64,000 nt of DNA, from NCBI GenBank assembly GCA_033442325.1, contig JAWQFM010000004.1, positions 2,260,458-2,324,457 of the forward strand, read 5' to 3'. The notes below the pieces were generated by a model, which was not told the DNA's origin, searched no databases, and saw nothing but the letters and a program-made list of their open reading frames with translations. The DNA is from Salpingoeca rosetta. Lineage: Eukaryota > Protista > Choanoflagellata. Shown one piece after another: positions 62,027-64,000 of the stretch. The position numbers and the translations under genes are program-made. Each line of letters starts with the position of its first letter. The first letter of the stretch is position 1.

Positions 62027-63506
62027 ATGTCGGAGTCCAAGGTGCTTGCAAAACAACGAGAGGAAGGAAGCTGACTGTGTTGGTGTTGTGGGGGTGTGGC
62101 TTCGCTGCAGTGTGTGTGTGTGTGTGTGTGTGCGACTGTGTATGTGACTGTGTATGCGACTGTGAGTGTGTGTGTGTGTGAGTGTGTGTGTGTGAGTGTG
62201 TGTGTGCTCGTCTCTATCCCTCCCTCTCTTCCTCTCTTCCTCTCATTCTCCCCCCCCCTTCTGTCTCCCTCTCTCTCTCTCTCTCTCACCTGTAGTTGCA
62301 TTCTCACGCGTGTACGTTTCCTCGTGCCTCGTGTGCAGTTCAAACGAGGGGGAAGCCACCGTGGCAGCATCACGGGAGGCGTGGTGCGGCCGGGCCAGCC
62401 AAGTGTTGGGCTGCACGCATCCGGGTTTCCGGTCTACCAACACCTCCCAGATCGCTTGGACGAGACAAGCGAAGACTATCGCGATCATGTCGCCACATTT
62501 GTCTCCGACATTGACATTTCAAGTCAGTCAGTGCTTGTGTGGAGGGGTGGGGTTGTTTGAGGAAGGGTGTGTTTGATTTTGCGCTGTATTGCGCATGTGC
62601 TTTGTGTGTGCTGTGATGTGTGTGTGTGTGCGGTTGTGATGTGTATTTGCTTGTGTGTGTGTGTGTGTGTGTGTGCGTGCGGTTGTGATGTGTACGTGTG
62701 TTCGTGTGTGCGTGTGCGTGTGTGTACGTGTGTTCGTGTGTGCGTGTGCGTGCGGTTGTGATGTGTACGTGTGTTCGTGTGTGCGTGTGCGTGTGTGTAC
62801 GTGTGTTCGTGTAGGCATGTATTCGCGCACTCATGTGCGTGTACTGTTCTGTTTCGGCGTGTCATTAGCCCATGTGTTGTCGCATGAACATAACCGATGC
62901 CTGCTGTCACATGTACACCTTTCACTCACTGTAATGCCTGCTGTGAAATGCGCCCCAGAGCTCAAGATGCCGAGTAGCATGACGTTTAGTGAGGAGGGCA
63001 TTTATGACAACTTGCCAGCAGACAAATCAAACGTATGCGTGCACATGGTGGTGAACCCACAGCTCACGTGCTATGACGCCCATGCCACCGCCCACACACG
63101 ACGTGTGCTGTTCATTTTCCACTTGTCATCGCAGCCCCAACACACGCGAACTCACGCTCTCTCACGCACACGCAAATGCGTGCATATGCACAACACTTTT
63201 CACACACACACGCACGCACACGCACACGCACACACACACCCTTCACTTTATGTCCACTGTTCAGTCGCAGCCGGATCTGCCGTCCAAGATGTCGTATTCG
63301 CAGGAAGGCGCCTATGAGACGCTGCCCATGCGTGGAGAGGTACGTGTGCACTGCTAACATTGTGGCGTGTTTGTGGTGTGTGCGTGATGTGTGTGTGTGT
63401 GATGTGTGTGTGCGTGATGTGTGTGTGTGTGATGTGTGTGTGATGTGTGATGTGTGTGTGTGATGTGTGCTCCCTGTGTTCTGTGGAACTGTGTTGTGTA
63501 CAGTAG
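62027..63506 (+). CDS. Small intracellular protein with repeated tyrosine motifs (VYQHLP, IYDNLP, AYETLP); end uncertain
   Basis: Putative exons MSESK (62027-62041), FKRGGSHRGS...SDIDIS (~62339-62522), LKMPSSMTFSEEGIYDNLPADKSN (~62959-63032), SQPDLPSKMSYSQEGAYETLPMRGE (~63264-63339), separated by GT/CA-rich GT-AG introns. Confidence 0.5.
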
Positions 63507-63639
63507 GTGGACGCCACAGCTGATGACCGCTGCGCTCCACTGCGATGCGTTGGTGCCGTATTCGTGCATTGCAGGAGGAGTACGCAAAAGGACAAACGAA
63601 TGTCAAGGCGGGAAAACACAAAGCATTCTTGTACGCGTG

Positions 63640-63690
<51 letters not shown>

Positions 63691-63849
63691 TGCGCGCCAC
63701 ATCACGGCACAACAACACTTTCACGCGCTCGTTTGAACGACAGCTACTGCGTTATGTCTGCAAGTCATGTCATGCCACGCACATACACGCATACACTGCG
63801 AAAACAACCACACCCTATGCTCACATTCTCATCTTCCCATGTTCCTTGT

Positions 63850-63873
63850 TTATTGCTCAATACCACCACCGCC

Positions 63874-63937
<64 letters not shown>

Positions 63938-63965
63938 CCACCACCACCACCACCACCACCATCAA

Positions 63966-64000
<35 letters not shown>
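63850..64000 (-). CDS. Possible Asp/Gly-rich 3' end of a gene entering from the right (or a simple repeat)
   Basis: The minus frame reads D/G runs followed by IEQ and TAA at 63850-63852. Similar D/G tails occur in other genes in this window. Confidence 0.25.

Overview
Eukaryotic, gene-dense, intron-rich genomic DNA. Its introns are packed with (CA)n/(GT)n microsatellites. The style and gene content point to a choanoflagellate, most likely Salpingoeca rosetta (inferred, not proven). Most ORFs in the supplied track are microsatellite artefacts. By joining GT-AG exons by hand I find about 11 complete or near-complete spliced genes plus two edge fragments. These are an XPA-C-like + YTH-like protein; a single-pass receptor with an extracellular ROX/NO66-type JmjC domain; a Yar1-like ankyrin + METTL21-type methyltransferase fusion; a small TM protein; a thioredoxin-fold membrane protein; TAF4 with two TAFH-like domains; a head-to-head pair of large dermatopontin/Sushi proteins; short-chain acyl-CoA dehydrogenase; a CACUL1-like protein; and a small Tyr-motif protein. 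The best candidate for an undescribed system is the 4443-12380 receptor: signal peptide, intact-looking JmjC 2OG-oxygenase, RSRR furin site, Cys-rich repeats, 6 Sushi, 11 cbEGF repeats carrying the Asn/Asp hydroxylation consensus, TM, and a tail rich in phosphotyrosine-type motifs. Second is the dermatopontin pair, one member of which carries a large module resembling Bacteroidetes secreted proteins. All domain calls come from manual motif recognition; no searches were run.
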